A DNA stretch of 64,000 bases from Campylobacterota bacterium (lineage in GTDB: Bacteria; Campylobacterota; Campylobacteria; Campylobacterales; Nitratiruptoraceae): positions 1,431 through 65,430 of the forward strand of contig WGAT01000102.1 of assembly GCA_015494715.1 (NCBI GenBank). The letters run 5' to 3'. Shown here piece after piece: positions 46,239 to 54,577 of this stretch; the first letter of the stretch is position 1; each line of letters opens with the position of its first letter. A program made the translations under genes and the position numbers. Below the pieces are notes generated by a model. It was not told where the DNA came from, made no database searches, and was given only the letters and a program-made list of their open reading frames with translations.

Positions 46239-47438
46239 ATGAAGCAGTGCAGCGTATGTATCATTGGAGAGGATATCCCTCAAACTCTTTTGGATTCCTT
46301 GTATGAAAACAAGGAGTACGTACAAGAAATTTTCACCACTACTCCTACAAAGAGTAACGCCACCGCCCTTACCATCCCCTCAAACAATCTGGCCGACCAA
46401 TACAACCAAATGGTCGATAAAGCCTCTAGCGACTATATTCTTTTCCTCTGTGGCAATAATCAGCTAGAAGAAGACACCCTTGAAGAGTTTGCCCAAATCG
46501 CACAAGAGTATCCCGATGCCGATATTATCTATCCCAACGAAATTTTAAAAATAGGCGCGCAAGAGGAGGCAAAAAACTATAGCGATTGGTACCAAAAAGA
46601 GCTCTTTTTGCTTCCATCCTTGGCAATAGAGGACTATCTTCCGCAATGGGGCGTACTGATCAAAAAAGAGAGCATACAAAAACTAGGAGGATTTGAGCCC
46701 CAATATGGTGCACACAGCTGGTACGCTTTTATCTATAAAAATCTTCCAAATCTTCGTTTAAAACTCTCTGATTTAAGTTTTGTAGAGTACGCCGTACACC
46801 AAAGTTTCATCGATACGAGTTATCGCTCCCTTTTGGTCCGAGAGATCGTCTCAATCTATCCGCTTCAAAAAATTTTTACCTCTTTGAACTGGGAACAAGA
46901 GGCGATAGCCCTAGCTACCGCCAATACTTTGATAGGCGACCGGCTAGCCGCTTACTACGACTATTTCAACGCCGCAAAATATTACAGAAACGCGCTTCTT
47001 TCTTTTCACAATCAAGAGACCCTCAAAAAACTTCTTGAAGCCTACTATCAAATGGGACTTTTTGAAGAGATGAAAAATCTCTTACAAACCCAAGAGCCTC
47101 TAAAAGATATCTACGAGCAATACAGCGACAAGATACAAAAGACTCTGGACCTGATCCAAGAGATGGAAAAAGCCGTCCAAGAGGGCAAAGCGGCTCAACT
47201 CCTCCTAGCCTCCGAAGATATCGCCCAATTTTATCAAGGAGCCCCCCTGTACAACATCCTTGGGGTGATCTATTACATCAAAAAAGACCTACCAACCGCT
47301 TATAAATTTTTCTACAAAGCGGTGACTATGAATCCTTTGGATAATGATATAATACATAATCTAGTCAACACGGCAAAAGAGCTCCACAAAGAAGAGGAAG
47401 TCATCGGTTTAATAACACGGCTGACCAAAGAGGTATGA
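46239..47438 (+). CDS. Degenerate GT-A-like domain fused to TPR repeats
   Basis: 399 aa. GT2-like beta1 'CSVCIIGEDIP', but the DXD position reads 'ILFLCGNNQLEED'. The C-terminal TPR-like region includes 'AAKYYRNALLSF' and 'AYKFFYKAVTMNP'. Confidence 0.6.
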   Translation: MKQCSVCIIGEDIPQTLLDSLYENKEYVQEIFTTTPTKSNATALTIPSNNLADQYNQMVDKASSDYILFLCGNNQLEEDTLEEFAQIAQEYPDADIIYPNEILKIGAQEEAKNYSDWYQKELFLLPSLAIEDYLPQWGVLIKKESIQKLGGFEPQYGAHSWYAFIYKNLPNLRLKLSDLSFVEYAVHQSFIDTSYRSLLVREIVSIYPLQKIFTSLNWEQEAIALATANTLIGDRLAAYYDYFNAAKYYRNALLSFHNQETLKKLLEAYYQMGLFEEMKNLLQTQEPLKDIYEQYSDKIQKTLDLIQEMEKAVQEGKAAQLLLASEDIAQFYQGAPLYNILGVIYYIKKDLPTAYKFFYKAVTMNPLDNDIIHNLVNTAKELHKEEEVIGLITRLTKEV

Positions 47439-48490
47439 TGCAAGAAAACATTTCCAAATTCGACACATTCAAACTGGCCACCCAATATTGGCAAGGAGAT
47501 AGCACCACCACCACACTCATTATTCTTCTTTTTTTCTTGGCTCTAGGCATCTTTTTCATAGCCGGTTTTTTACTTCAAAAACAGCTACGGATCAAATCCC
47601 TTCGCCAATATTTTGAGACATTTGCCAAAGAAAAAGGGCTCAGCCAAGAAGAGATCGAGATTTTATGGCGCTACTCTCAAAAAATGGAACGAGACCCTAT
47701 GCTCGTGCTCGAATTCAAAGCCCCTTTTGAGAAAGTCATAGACCTCTATATGCATACCGATCCGCATCCCAAAGAAGAGCTGGTACGCCATATGAGAAAA
47801 AAATTGGGTTTTGAGACCCAAAGTCCCTATATCCCTCTCATCACTACAAAAGATATAGAAATTTTTCAAAACGCTCGTATGATATTCTCCAACAACAAGG
47901 CGATTAATATTGCCCTGTATGACAAGGATGAACGCTATATGTATTGGGTAGTGGTAGACGGCAACCTCCCCTCTTCCACTTATCCGGGCGAAATAGTCAA
48001 AATAGTCTTCATACGACAAGATGACGGTATCTACTCCTTTGAGCAGCCAATAGCCGATATTTTGTACGAAGATGGTAAAACAATTCTCAAAATCCCCCAT
48101 ACTTTTGATCTTAACCGCATCCAACGCCGTGAATATCCACGCATCAAGATCGATCTTCCCGCCTATCTCTTTTTCAAAACGCCCGAAGGACTCGTAACCT
48201 TAGAGGGCAAACTTGTAGACCTAGGTGCGGGCGGCGCGAGAATATGCATCTACAAAGAGCTCAAGCTCCTAAGAAAACTCAAATATGGCGATCAAGTACT
48301 CCTCTCTTTCTCTTTAGATGGGAAAAACCAAATAGAGCTCGAAGCAAAAGTCTTAGAGCGAGACATCAAAACCAATTCGGTCTGTTTGCGTACCCTTTTT
48401 GACCATGTGGAGGAGAATATAAAAGACCAGATTTTGGAATTTGTACAAAAAGAACAGCTCAAAATGGCTCAAGTCCAAAGAAAACAATGA
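47435..48490 (+). CDS. Membrane-anchored PilZ-domain (c-di-GMP receptor) protein
   Basis: 351 aa. N-terminal TM 'LIILLFFLALGIFFIAGFLL'. PilZ motifs 'QRREYPR' (RxxxR) and 'DLGAGGARI' (DxSxxG-like). ATGA overlap with the upstream gene. Confidence 0.75.
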   Translation: MMQENISKFDTFKLATQYWQGDSTTTTLIILLFFLALGIFFIAGFLLQKQLRIKSLRQYFETFAKEKGLSQEEIEILWRYSQKMERDPMLVLEFKAPFEKVIDLYMHTDPHPKEELVRHMRKKLGFETQSPYIPLITTKDIEIFQNARMIFSNNKAINIALYDKDERYMYWVVVDGNLPSSTYPGEIVKIVFIRQDDGIYSFEQPIADILYEDGKTILKIPHTFDLNRIQRREYPRIKIDLPAYLFFKTPEGLVTLEGKLVDLGAGGARICIYKELKLLRKLKYGDQVLLSFSLDGKNQIELEAKVLERDIKTNSVCLRTLFDHVEENIKDQILEFVQKEQLKMAQVQRKQ

Positions 48491-48903
48491 AAATAAAAAG
48501 TCTAAAACTTTTTATCAAACAAAAAAAGATCGAAATCGAACGACTCTCTGCCGATATGGTTCCTTTAAAAGAGCGTATGCAAAAGCTTGAGCAAGAGCTG
48601 CAAGAAAATGAAAAAAAGATCCAAGCTTTGCAAGAGCGGCCCGTCCAACAACTTTTTGATCTTACCCTTATGCACAACCATATCGCCGACCTACACGCTC
48701 AAAACGAAAAGATCAAAGCTAAAATACAAAAACTGTACGAGGAGATCTTTGCGTATAAAAAAAGACTCGCCGAACTTTTTGGCCAAAAAAAAGGATTGGA
48801 GAAACTTCTACGACGCATCAAAGAAGAGCAAAGAAAAAAAGCACATCAAGAGGAGAACAGATTAGCCGATGAAAACTACCTTCGTAAAATTCATACTCCT
48901 TAG
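48487..48903 (+). CDS. fliJ: Flagellar export apparatus protein FliJ-like (coiled coil)
   Basis: 138 aa, all heptad/charged, with C-terminal 'KGLEKLLRRIKEEQRKKAHQEENRLADE' like FliJ. It is followed by a MotE/YlxF-like gene, as in fla/che operons. Confidence 0.55.
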   Translation: MKIKSLKLFIKQKKIEIERLSADMVPLKERMQKLEQELQENEKKIQALQERPVQQLFDLTLMHNHIADLHAQNEKIKAKIQKLYEEIFAYKKRLAELFGQKKGLEKLLRRIKEEQRKKAHQEENRLADENYLRKIHTP

Positions 48904-49315
48904 CAACGCTCTTGTACTTTTTGGCGACGCCCAATTGCACGAAATCCAAAAAGAGCTCAAAAAACTCGAAACTCTTCGCCAAAAAATCCAAAAGGAAATC
49001 GCCAAAAACAAAAAGCTTTTGGCCAAAATAGAGCAAGAAAAAAAGCATCTCCAAGACCTCAACGCCTCTATTAATAAACAGATCAAACAGATACGAAGCG
49101 AACGCTTTAAAAAATTGGCAAAGGATTTTGAAAATATGGATCCAGAGTACGCTGGGGAGAAACTATCAAAGATGAAAGATCCCAAAATAGCCGCTTACAT
49201 CGTATACAATATGAACCCCAGAAAAGCGGGAGAAGCCCTCAACTATGTTGACCCCGTTATGGTCAGCCGCATTACGACTATTCTAACGAAGCTTAAGAAA
49301 AATGGCAAAAATTAA
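48869..49315 (+). CDS. MotE/YlxF-like protein (MgtE-N-like repeat, COG3334 type)
   Basis: 148 aa. Signal/anchor 'FVKFILLSNALVLFG', a coiled coil, then 'MDPEYAGEKLSKMKDPKIAAYIVYNMNPRKAGEALNYVDP'. Confidence 0.6.
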   Translation: MKTTFVKFILLSNALVLFGDAQLHEIQKELKKLETLRQKIQKEIAKNKKLLAKIEQEKKHLQDLNASINKQIKQIRSERFKKLAKDFENMDPEYAGEKLSKMKDPKIAAYIVYNMNPRKAGEALNYVDPVMVSRITTILTKLKKNGKN

Positions 49316-50768
49316 CTGGCTCAAGCCTCTTTTTTTTCTCACGGCTTTTATAGTCTTTTCTACGCTGATAGGATGGTACTTTCATATCGACAAACACCAG
49401 CGCATCCGTATCTATCTAGCCCAAAACATTACGAAACTCCAATCAGAATTTCGAGCCACCAAACATACCTATGATAAGCTCTCTGGCTTCTTCCACGATG
49501 AATTGTCACGAGATTCCATTTTTTTAAATATTTTGGCCAAAACCATCGAAGATCCAAGATATCAAGAAGCGCTCTATCGCTATTTATCCCCTAAATTCTC
49601 CATCCTCAAACGCTACTCCATCAACTACCTTAGCATCTATACCCCAAGCGGGAAAATAGTGCTCAATATGCATAAACCGACAAAAAAAGAGAAGCGCCTC
49701 AAACCCGCCCTCTTTAGCAAACCAAAAATCAACGAACTTTTAATGGAGTATAAAAAGCCTTTGTATTATCAAGGCGTGCTGCTCGCCTTTTTACAAACGG
49801 CTATTTCGTACAATGTCCTCAAAGAAGAGCTTCGGCGGCTTTTTAAGGGCTATTATGAATATATCGTCAAAAGCTCCCTCATTGGCAAAAGTATTTTTAG
49901 TTACGGCAACCATCTTTTTGTCCAAAGCGACCTTAATCCAAACTACTTTTACGAAGAGAACGCCATTGGACACAACGCAAACATGAAAGAGGAGCTCATC
50001 CACGCTCTTAATCTCTCCATCAAAGAGAAAATAGCCAAACAGCTCCAAAAAGGTACCAGCTTTGCCATCGTTACCAAAATGAACGGCAAATACTATACCA
50101 TCACTTTTTTGGCCATCAAAAATAAAAGCACCATCGGTTACCTCATCTCTTACAAACAAGATCCCACGATCGCTACTTTTGACGCTATCTTTTGGCAAAA
50201 TTTGATACTAGGCAACATCCTCTTGGCCATTACCCTTTTATTCATCTACTATGTGCTCGAAACAAAAAACAAATTTGAAAAGATGGCCGTTACCGATAAA
50301 CTTACCGGACTCTACAACCGCTATAAGTTTTATCAAATGGCCAATCAGGAGTTGGCCAGAGCCAAACGCCACAACAGACCCCTCTCTCTCATTCTCCTTG
50401 ATATCGACCAGTTTAAAAAAGTAAACGATAGCTATGGACATGATATCGGGGACTATGTACTCAAACGAATCGCCAAGCTCCTTAAAAACAACCTAAGAAA
50501 ATACGATTTGATCTTTCGATGGGGAGGCGAGGAGTTTCTTGTCCTTGCACCCGAGACCGACGCTAAAGGGGCTATGCGTCTGGCTGAGAAAATACGCAAA
50601 CTCATAGCTTCCCAAAATTTTGAAAGAGCCGGAAGCGTGACGGTAAGTCTAGGCATAACGGAACTCGCTCCTCAGGATAAAGAGATCGATGCTCTCATCA
50701 AACGAGCCGACACCGCTTTATATGTCTCCAAAAAAGAGGGCAGAAATAGAGCCACCCTCTCCCTTTAG
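49302..50768 (+). CDS. Sensor diguanylate cyclase (two TM segments flanking a periplasmic domain, plus GGDEF)
   Basis: 488 aa. Active site 'RWGGEEF', and an I-site-like 'RKYD' five residues upstream. 'DKLTGLYNR' marks the start of the GGDEF domain. Confidence 0.85.
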   Translation: MAKINWLKPLFFLTAFIVFSTLIGWYFHIDKHQRIRIYLAQNITKLQSEFRATKHTYDKLSGFFHDELSRDSIFLNILAKTIEDPRYQEALYRYLSPKFSILKRYSINYLSIYTPSGKIVLNMHKPTKKEKRLKPALFSKPKINELLMEYKKPLYYQGVLLAFLQTAISYNVLKEELRRLFKGYYEYIVKSSLIGKSIFSYGNHLFVQSDLNPNYFYEENAIGHNANMKEELIHALNLSIKEKIAKQLQKGTSFAIVTKMNGKYYTITFLAIKNKSTIGYLISYKQDPTIATFDAIFWQNLILGNILLAITLLFIYYVLETKNKFEKMAVTDKLTGLYNRYKFYQMANQELARAKRHNRPLSLILLDIDQFKKVNDSYGHDIGDYVLKRIAKLLKNNLRKYDLIFRWGGEEFLVLAPETDAKGAMRLAEKIRKLIASQNFERAGSVTVSLGITELAPQDKEIDALIKRADTALYVSKKEGRNRATLSL

Positions 50769-51811
50769 CTCTTTTTCTGATAGATTTTGGCAAAAATTCT
50801 CGCAATGGCTTGGTAGAGGTTCTCAGGAATATAGTCGCCAATCTCACACGCTTGATACAAAGCTCTGGCCAAGGGAGGATTCTCCTCGATAGGTACGCCA
50901 TACTTTTTGGCTTCCTCCTTGATCCGCAACGCCACCCGATCCACACCTTTAGCCACCACTTTTGGAGCGTGCATCTTCCCTTTTTCATATTTGAGCGCTA
51001 CGGCAAAATGCTCCGGGTTGGTAATCACCACATCGGCTTTGGCCACTTCGGCCATCATACGAGTAAGACTCATCTCCCGCATCTTCTTGCGAATGGCCGA
51101 TTTGATTTGTGGATTCCCCTCATAGAGTTTATGCTCTTCCTTGATCTCTTGTTTGCTCATTTTGATGCTCTCTTCAAATTCGTATCTACGAAACATAAAA
51201 TCTATGATCGCCACGGGAATGGAGAGCAGAGCAAATCCCAAAATCATAATCAAAGAGTACTTGATGAGAATAGCCGCATCATCCTCTATGGAAGTCGTAG
51301 CGAATCGAAAGACATCTTCAAGTAAATAGCGCACCAAATAGTATGAGACCACCATCGCCACGAAAAGTTTTAAAAGATTTTTAAAAAGCTCAAAAAGGGT
51401 TTTCAAAGAGAACATACGCTTAATACCGGGTAAAGGGTTGAGTTTGCTCAACTTTGGCATCAAAGGCTTAAAGGTAATATGAAATCCAACCTGTATAACA
51501 TTTGCCGCTATCCCCGCCACGAGCAAAACCATAAAAACTGGGCCGACCAAAAGAGCCAAATCTTTGATAAACTCTAAATAGACCCAGTGATTTTTCTCCG
51601 GTAAAAAATGGAAAGGATCAGAGAAAAAGGCTGTAAAAATCCCATAGAGCTTACGAAAGACAAAAGGAATATAAGAAATAAAGGTCAAAAAAACGGCTAC
51701 AAGGGAGAAACTGATCGCAACATCTTGACTCTTGGCCACCTGCCCTTCTTCACGCGCCTTTTTACGCCGATGGGGGGTGGCCTTTTCGGTTTTATCCGGC
51801 TCTTTTGCCAT
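50765..51811 (-). CDS. flhB: Flagellar type III export switch protein
   Basis: 348 aa. 'EKATPHRRKKAREEGQVAKSQDV', and the autocleavage-site region 'VVITNPEHFAVALKY'. Confidence 0.92.
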   Translation of the reverse strand: MAKEPDKTEKATPHRRKKAREEGQVAKSQDVAISFSLVAVFLTFISYIPFVFRKLYGIFTAFFSDPFHFLPEKNHWVYLEFIKDLALLVGPVFMVLLVAGIAANVIQVGFHITFKPLMPKLSKLNPLPGIKRMFSLKTLFELFKNLLKLFVAMVVSYYLVRYLLEDVFRFATTSIEDDAAILIKYSLIMILGFALLSIPVAIIDFMFRRYEFEESIKMSKQEIKEEHKLYEGNPQIKSAIRKKMREMSLTRMMAEVAKADVVITNPEHFAVALKYEKGKMHAPKVVAKGVDRVALRIKEEAKKYGVPIEENPPLARALYQACEIGDYIPENLYQAIARIFAKIYQKKS

Positions 51812-52593
51812 TAATGTCCTAAATGCTTGATAAGATAACCATAATTATACGATATCTCCTCAAGTAATGAAACGCCCACATAGACCACCACAGAAATTCC
51901 AAAAGCCAAGGAAGCAAGCCCTACGAATATCTGCAAAGGAAGCCCTACGATAAAGACATTGATTTGAGGAATAAGACGGTTGATGAGGGCAAGGGCTAAA
52001 TTGATAATGTATAAAATCAAAGCAAAAGGAAAAGCAAGTTTGAAAGCGTAGCTAAACATAATGGCGCTTTGCTCTATGACATAGCGCCAGATACCTTGAT
52101 CTATAATGGATAAGCCAATAGGGATATCCACAAAACTTTTAGCCATCAAGGACAAAAAATATTCATACGCCCCGCTGACAAAGAATAGAGCGTAAAAAAG
52201 AAAGATAAAAAATTTGCTCAGCACGGAGACTTGTCCATAGGTCGGATCAAAGATATTGACGATGGTGATCCCCATAAAATAGCTAATAATCTCGGCAGCA
52301 TAACTAAAGGCGGATATAAAAAAATTGATCAAAAGTCCAAAGGCAAACCCTACCAAAAGCTCTTTACCTATCAAAAGCAAGAGTGCAAACAAAGAGAAAT
52401 TATCCATATTCGTTTGGAGTTGAATATGAAGATTTTTAATAAAAAAAAAGGCCAAGGAGAGAATCACAAAAATCTTGACAATGGTCGGGACCATCGTAGT
52501 GTTTAAAAAGGGAAAAGCGAGCAAAAAAGCGATCAAACGACTAAAAACGAGTGCGAGCAGTATCGCATCATGGGGCGTAAAGAGTGGAGTCAT
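51811..52593 (-). CDS. fliR: Flagellar export apparatus protein FliR
   Basis: 260 aa polytopic protein, located between fliQ and flhB. Confidence 0.88.
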   Translation of the reverse strand: MTPLFTPHDAILLALVFSRLIAFLLAFPFLNTTMVPTIVKIFVILSLAFFFIKNLHIQLQTNMDNFSLFALLLLIGKELLVGFAFGLLINFFISAFSYAAEIISYFMGITIVNIFDPTYGQVSVLSKFFIFLFYALFFVSGAYEYFLSLMAKSFVDIPIGLSIIDQGIWRYVIEQSAIMFSYAFKLAFPFALILYIINLALALINRLIPQINVFIVGLPLQIFVGLASLAFGISVVVYVGVSLLEEISYNYGYLIKHLGH

Positions 52594-52859
52594 CTAAAAA
52601 GAGTATGGATAGAGAGGAAAATGGAGTGAAAGTAGTCCATCAGCGTCACGAACATCCAAGAGCCAAATACGATTAATGCCCCGACCGTCGCCACGATTTT
52701 TGGGATAAATGTCAGCGTCATCTCTTGAATCTGAGTGGCCGCTTGGAAGATGCTCACAAGCATCCCCACGCCAAAAGCGGTCAGTAAAATAGGAGCCCCA
52801 ACGATCAAAGAGATTTTGAGCATCTGCTCGGTGAGCGTGATCACTTGATCTAAATTCAT
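52590..52859 (-). CDS. fliQ: Flagellar export apparatus protein FliQ
   Basis: 89 aa with two TM segments. 'VSIFQAATQIQEMTLTFIPK'. Confidence 0.9.
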   Translation of the reverse strand: MNLDQVITLTEQMLKISLIVGAPILLTAFGVGMLVSIFQAATQIQEMTLTFIPKIVATVGALIVFGSWMFVTLMDYFHSIFLSIHTLFR

Positions 52860-53566
52860 CGATAACTCTCCACTAAAGATTTAATCAACAACTCCCATCC
52901 ATCAGAGAGGATAAACAAAATAAGCTTAAAGGGCAAAGAGATCATCATCGGCGGGATCATCATCATACCCATCGACATCAAGATACTCGCAACGAGCATA
53001 TCAATCACCAAAAAGGGCAAAAAGATGACAAAAACTACTTCAAAAGCGATCTTGATCTCACTGACCAAAAAAGCGGGCAGCAAAGTCACCAGACTCAAAT
53101 CTTCATAGCTCGCCGGTTTTTGACCGGAGATATCCAAAAAAAGTTTGATATCTTTTTTTTGGGTATTGTGTACAAGAAACTTTTTGATAGGTTGCATAGC
53201 CCTTTGTATCGCCTCTTGATCCGATATCTGTTTGTGCATATAAGGAGTGATCGCTTGATGATCAATCTCAATAAAGACCGGTTTCATAATAAAAAAGGTC
53301 AAAAAGAGCGATAAAGCGATAATAACCTGATTTGGCGGTGATTGGGGGATACCCAAAGCGTGTCGCAACAAAGAGAGAATAATAACGATCCTCGTAAAAG
53401 AGGTGGCGGTAATGAGAATAGCCGGAGCGAGGCTAAGAATGGTGATAAGAAAAAGAATTTTTAACGAAATATCAAGATTTTTGAGCTGGTCGATGGCAGC
53501 GTCAAGCCCCGTAGCCGCCATCACGGGGAGCACGAGCAAAAAAAGAGGCAGCAGCTTTTTAGCCAT
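52856..53566 (-). CDS. fliP: Flagellar export apparatus protein FliP
   Basis: 236 aa. 'TSFTRIVIILSLLRHALG' and 'VVFVIFLPFLVIDMLVASILMSMGMMM'. Confidence 0.93.
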   Translation of the reverse strand: MAKKLLPLFLLVLPVMAATGLDAAIDQLKNLDISLKILFLITILSLAPAILITATSFTRIVIILSLLRHALGIPQSPPNQVIIALSLFLTFFIMKPVFIEIDHQAITPYMHKQISDQEAIQRAMQPIKKFLVHNTQKKDIKLFLDISGQKPASYEDLSLVTLLPAFLVSEIKIAFEVVFVIFLPFLVIDMLVASILMSMGMMMIPPMMISLPFKLILFILSDGWELLIKSLVESYR

Positions 53567-53816
53567 CCTCTTCCCACTCTTTTAAGACTTTGATCCCGCT
53601 CTCGTCACAGGCAAAAAGCATCAAGACGCCCTTAACCTTAGCCAAGCAGATAGAGCGGTTCCTTCCAAGCACCTTTGTCTCTAAAATCTGAATATCCTTA
53701 CCGCCAAGGGATAAATTTTTGTTGAGGCGATTGAGATAGTAGTAGAGTGCGTACATCATCACTATTAAAATGGCAAAGGATGCGATAAATTTGACAAGCT
53801 CAAAACTATTTAACAA
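53559..53816 (-). CDS. fliO: Flagellar protein FliO
   Basis: 85 aa. A single TM, then 'IQILETKVLGRNRSICLAKVKG'. Located between fliN and fliP. Confidence 0.65.
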   Translation of the reverse strand: MLNSFELVKFIASFAILIVMMYALYYYLNRLNKNLSLGGKDIQILETKVLGRNRSICLAKVKGVLMLFACDESGIKVLKEWEEDG

Positions 53817-54054
53817 GATCGACGATCCTCACCCCATACTTTTCATTCGCTATGACCATTTCGCCAATGGCAAAAGGCCTGTCGTTGAGCATAACGTTGA
53901 CATACTCCTCAACATTTTTATCCAACTCAATAATATCCCCCTCTTGCAAGGAGAGAATCTCGATAAGCATCTTCTCTACGCTACCCACTTGCACATTAAA
54001 GCGTACTTTCACATCTTTTAAAAACTCTACTTGAGGATCGACAGGATTTTCCAT
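53806..54054 (-). CDS. fliN: Flagellar motor switch protein FliN (SpoA domain only)
   Basis: 82 aa. 'GDIIELDKNVEEYVNVMLNDRPFAIGEMVIANEKYGVRI'. Confidence 0.85.
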   Translation of the reverse strand: MENPVDPQVEFLKDVKVRFNVQVGSVEKMLIEILSLQEGDIIELDKNVEEYVNVMLNDRPFAIGEMVIANEKYGVRIVDLVK

Positions 54055-54059
54055 AAACT

Positions 54060-54563
54060 TTAAGCCGTTTGTATCACAAAATCGGTAAAATAGACATTTT
54101 TAACCCCGCCAATGGGTAAAATGGCGTTCACCCGCTTTAAAATCTCCTCTTTGAGCTCCTCTATTCCCTCGGGGGTACGCAAGTCATTAGAGGATTTGGT
54201 AAAAAGAAGCGTGGTAATGGCATCTTTGACCTGAGGAAGACGCTTTTCCAATTCCGCCTTGATCTTTTCGTCCTGCACGTCCAAAACGATAGTGACTTTG
54301 AGATAGCGGTCGGCGTCTTTGTCTTGGAGATTGACGATAAAAGTCCCTACCTCAAACTGCACGCCCACATCTTCGACATTTTTGATCTCATCGACGATCT
54401 TCTCGGCCTTTTTATCTTTTTCTTGCTCCTTTTGCTTATCCAAAACCAAAAATTTATAGGCCGCAGCACCGCCACCAAGCAGTAGCAGCACAAGAACTAA
54501 AAGGATAATCAGTTTCTTTTTACCGCCTTTTTGCTGCTCCTGCCCTTTCGTCTCCTCAGCCAT
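54060..54563 (-). CDS. fliL: Flagellar basal-body-associated protein FliL
   Basis: 167 aa. A single TM, then 'FIVNLQDKDADRYLKVTIVLDV' and 'VKNVYFTDFVIQ'. Confidence 0.88.
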   Translation of the reverse strand: MAEETKGQEQQKGGKKKLIILLVLVLLLLGGGAAAYKFLVLDKQKEQEKDKKAEKIVDEIKNVEDVGVQFEVGTFIVNLQDKDADRYLKVTIVLDVQDEKIKAELEKRLPQVKDAITTLLFTKSSNDLRTPEGIEELKEEILKRVNAILPIGGVKNVYFTDFVIQTA

Positions 54564-54577
54564 TTACTACCTTTTTA

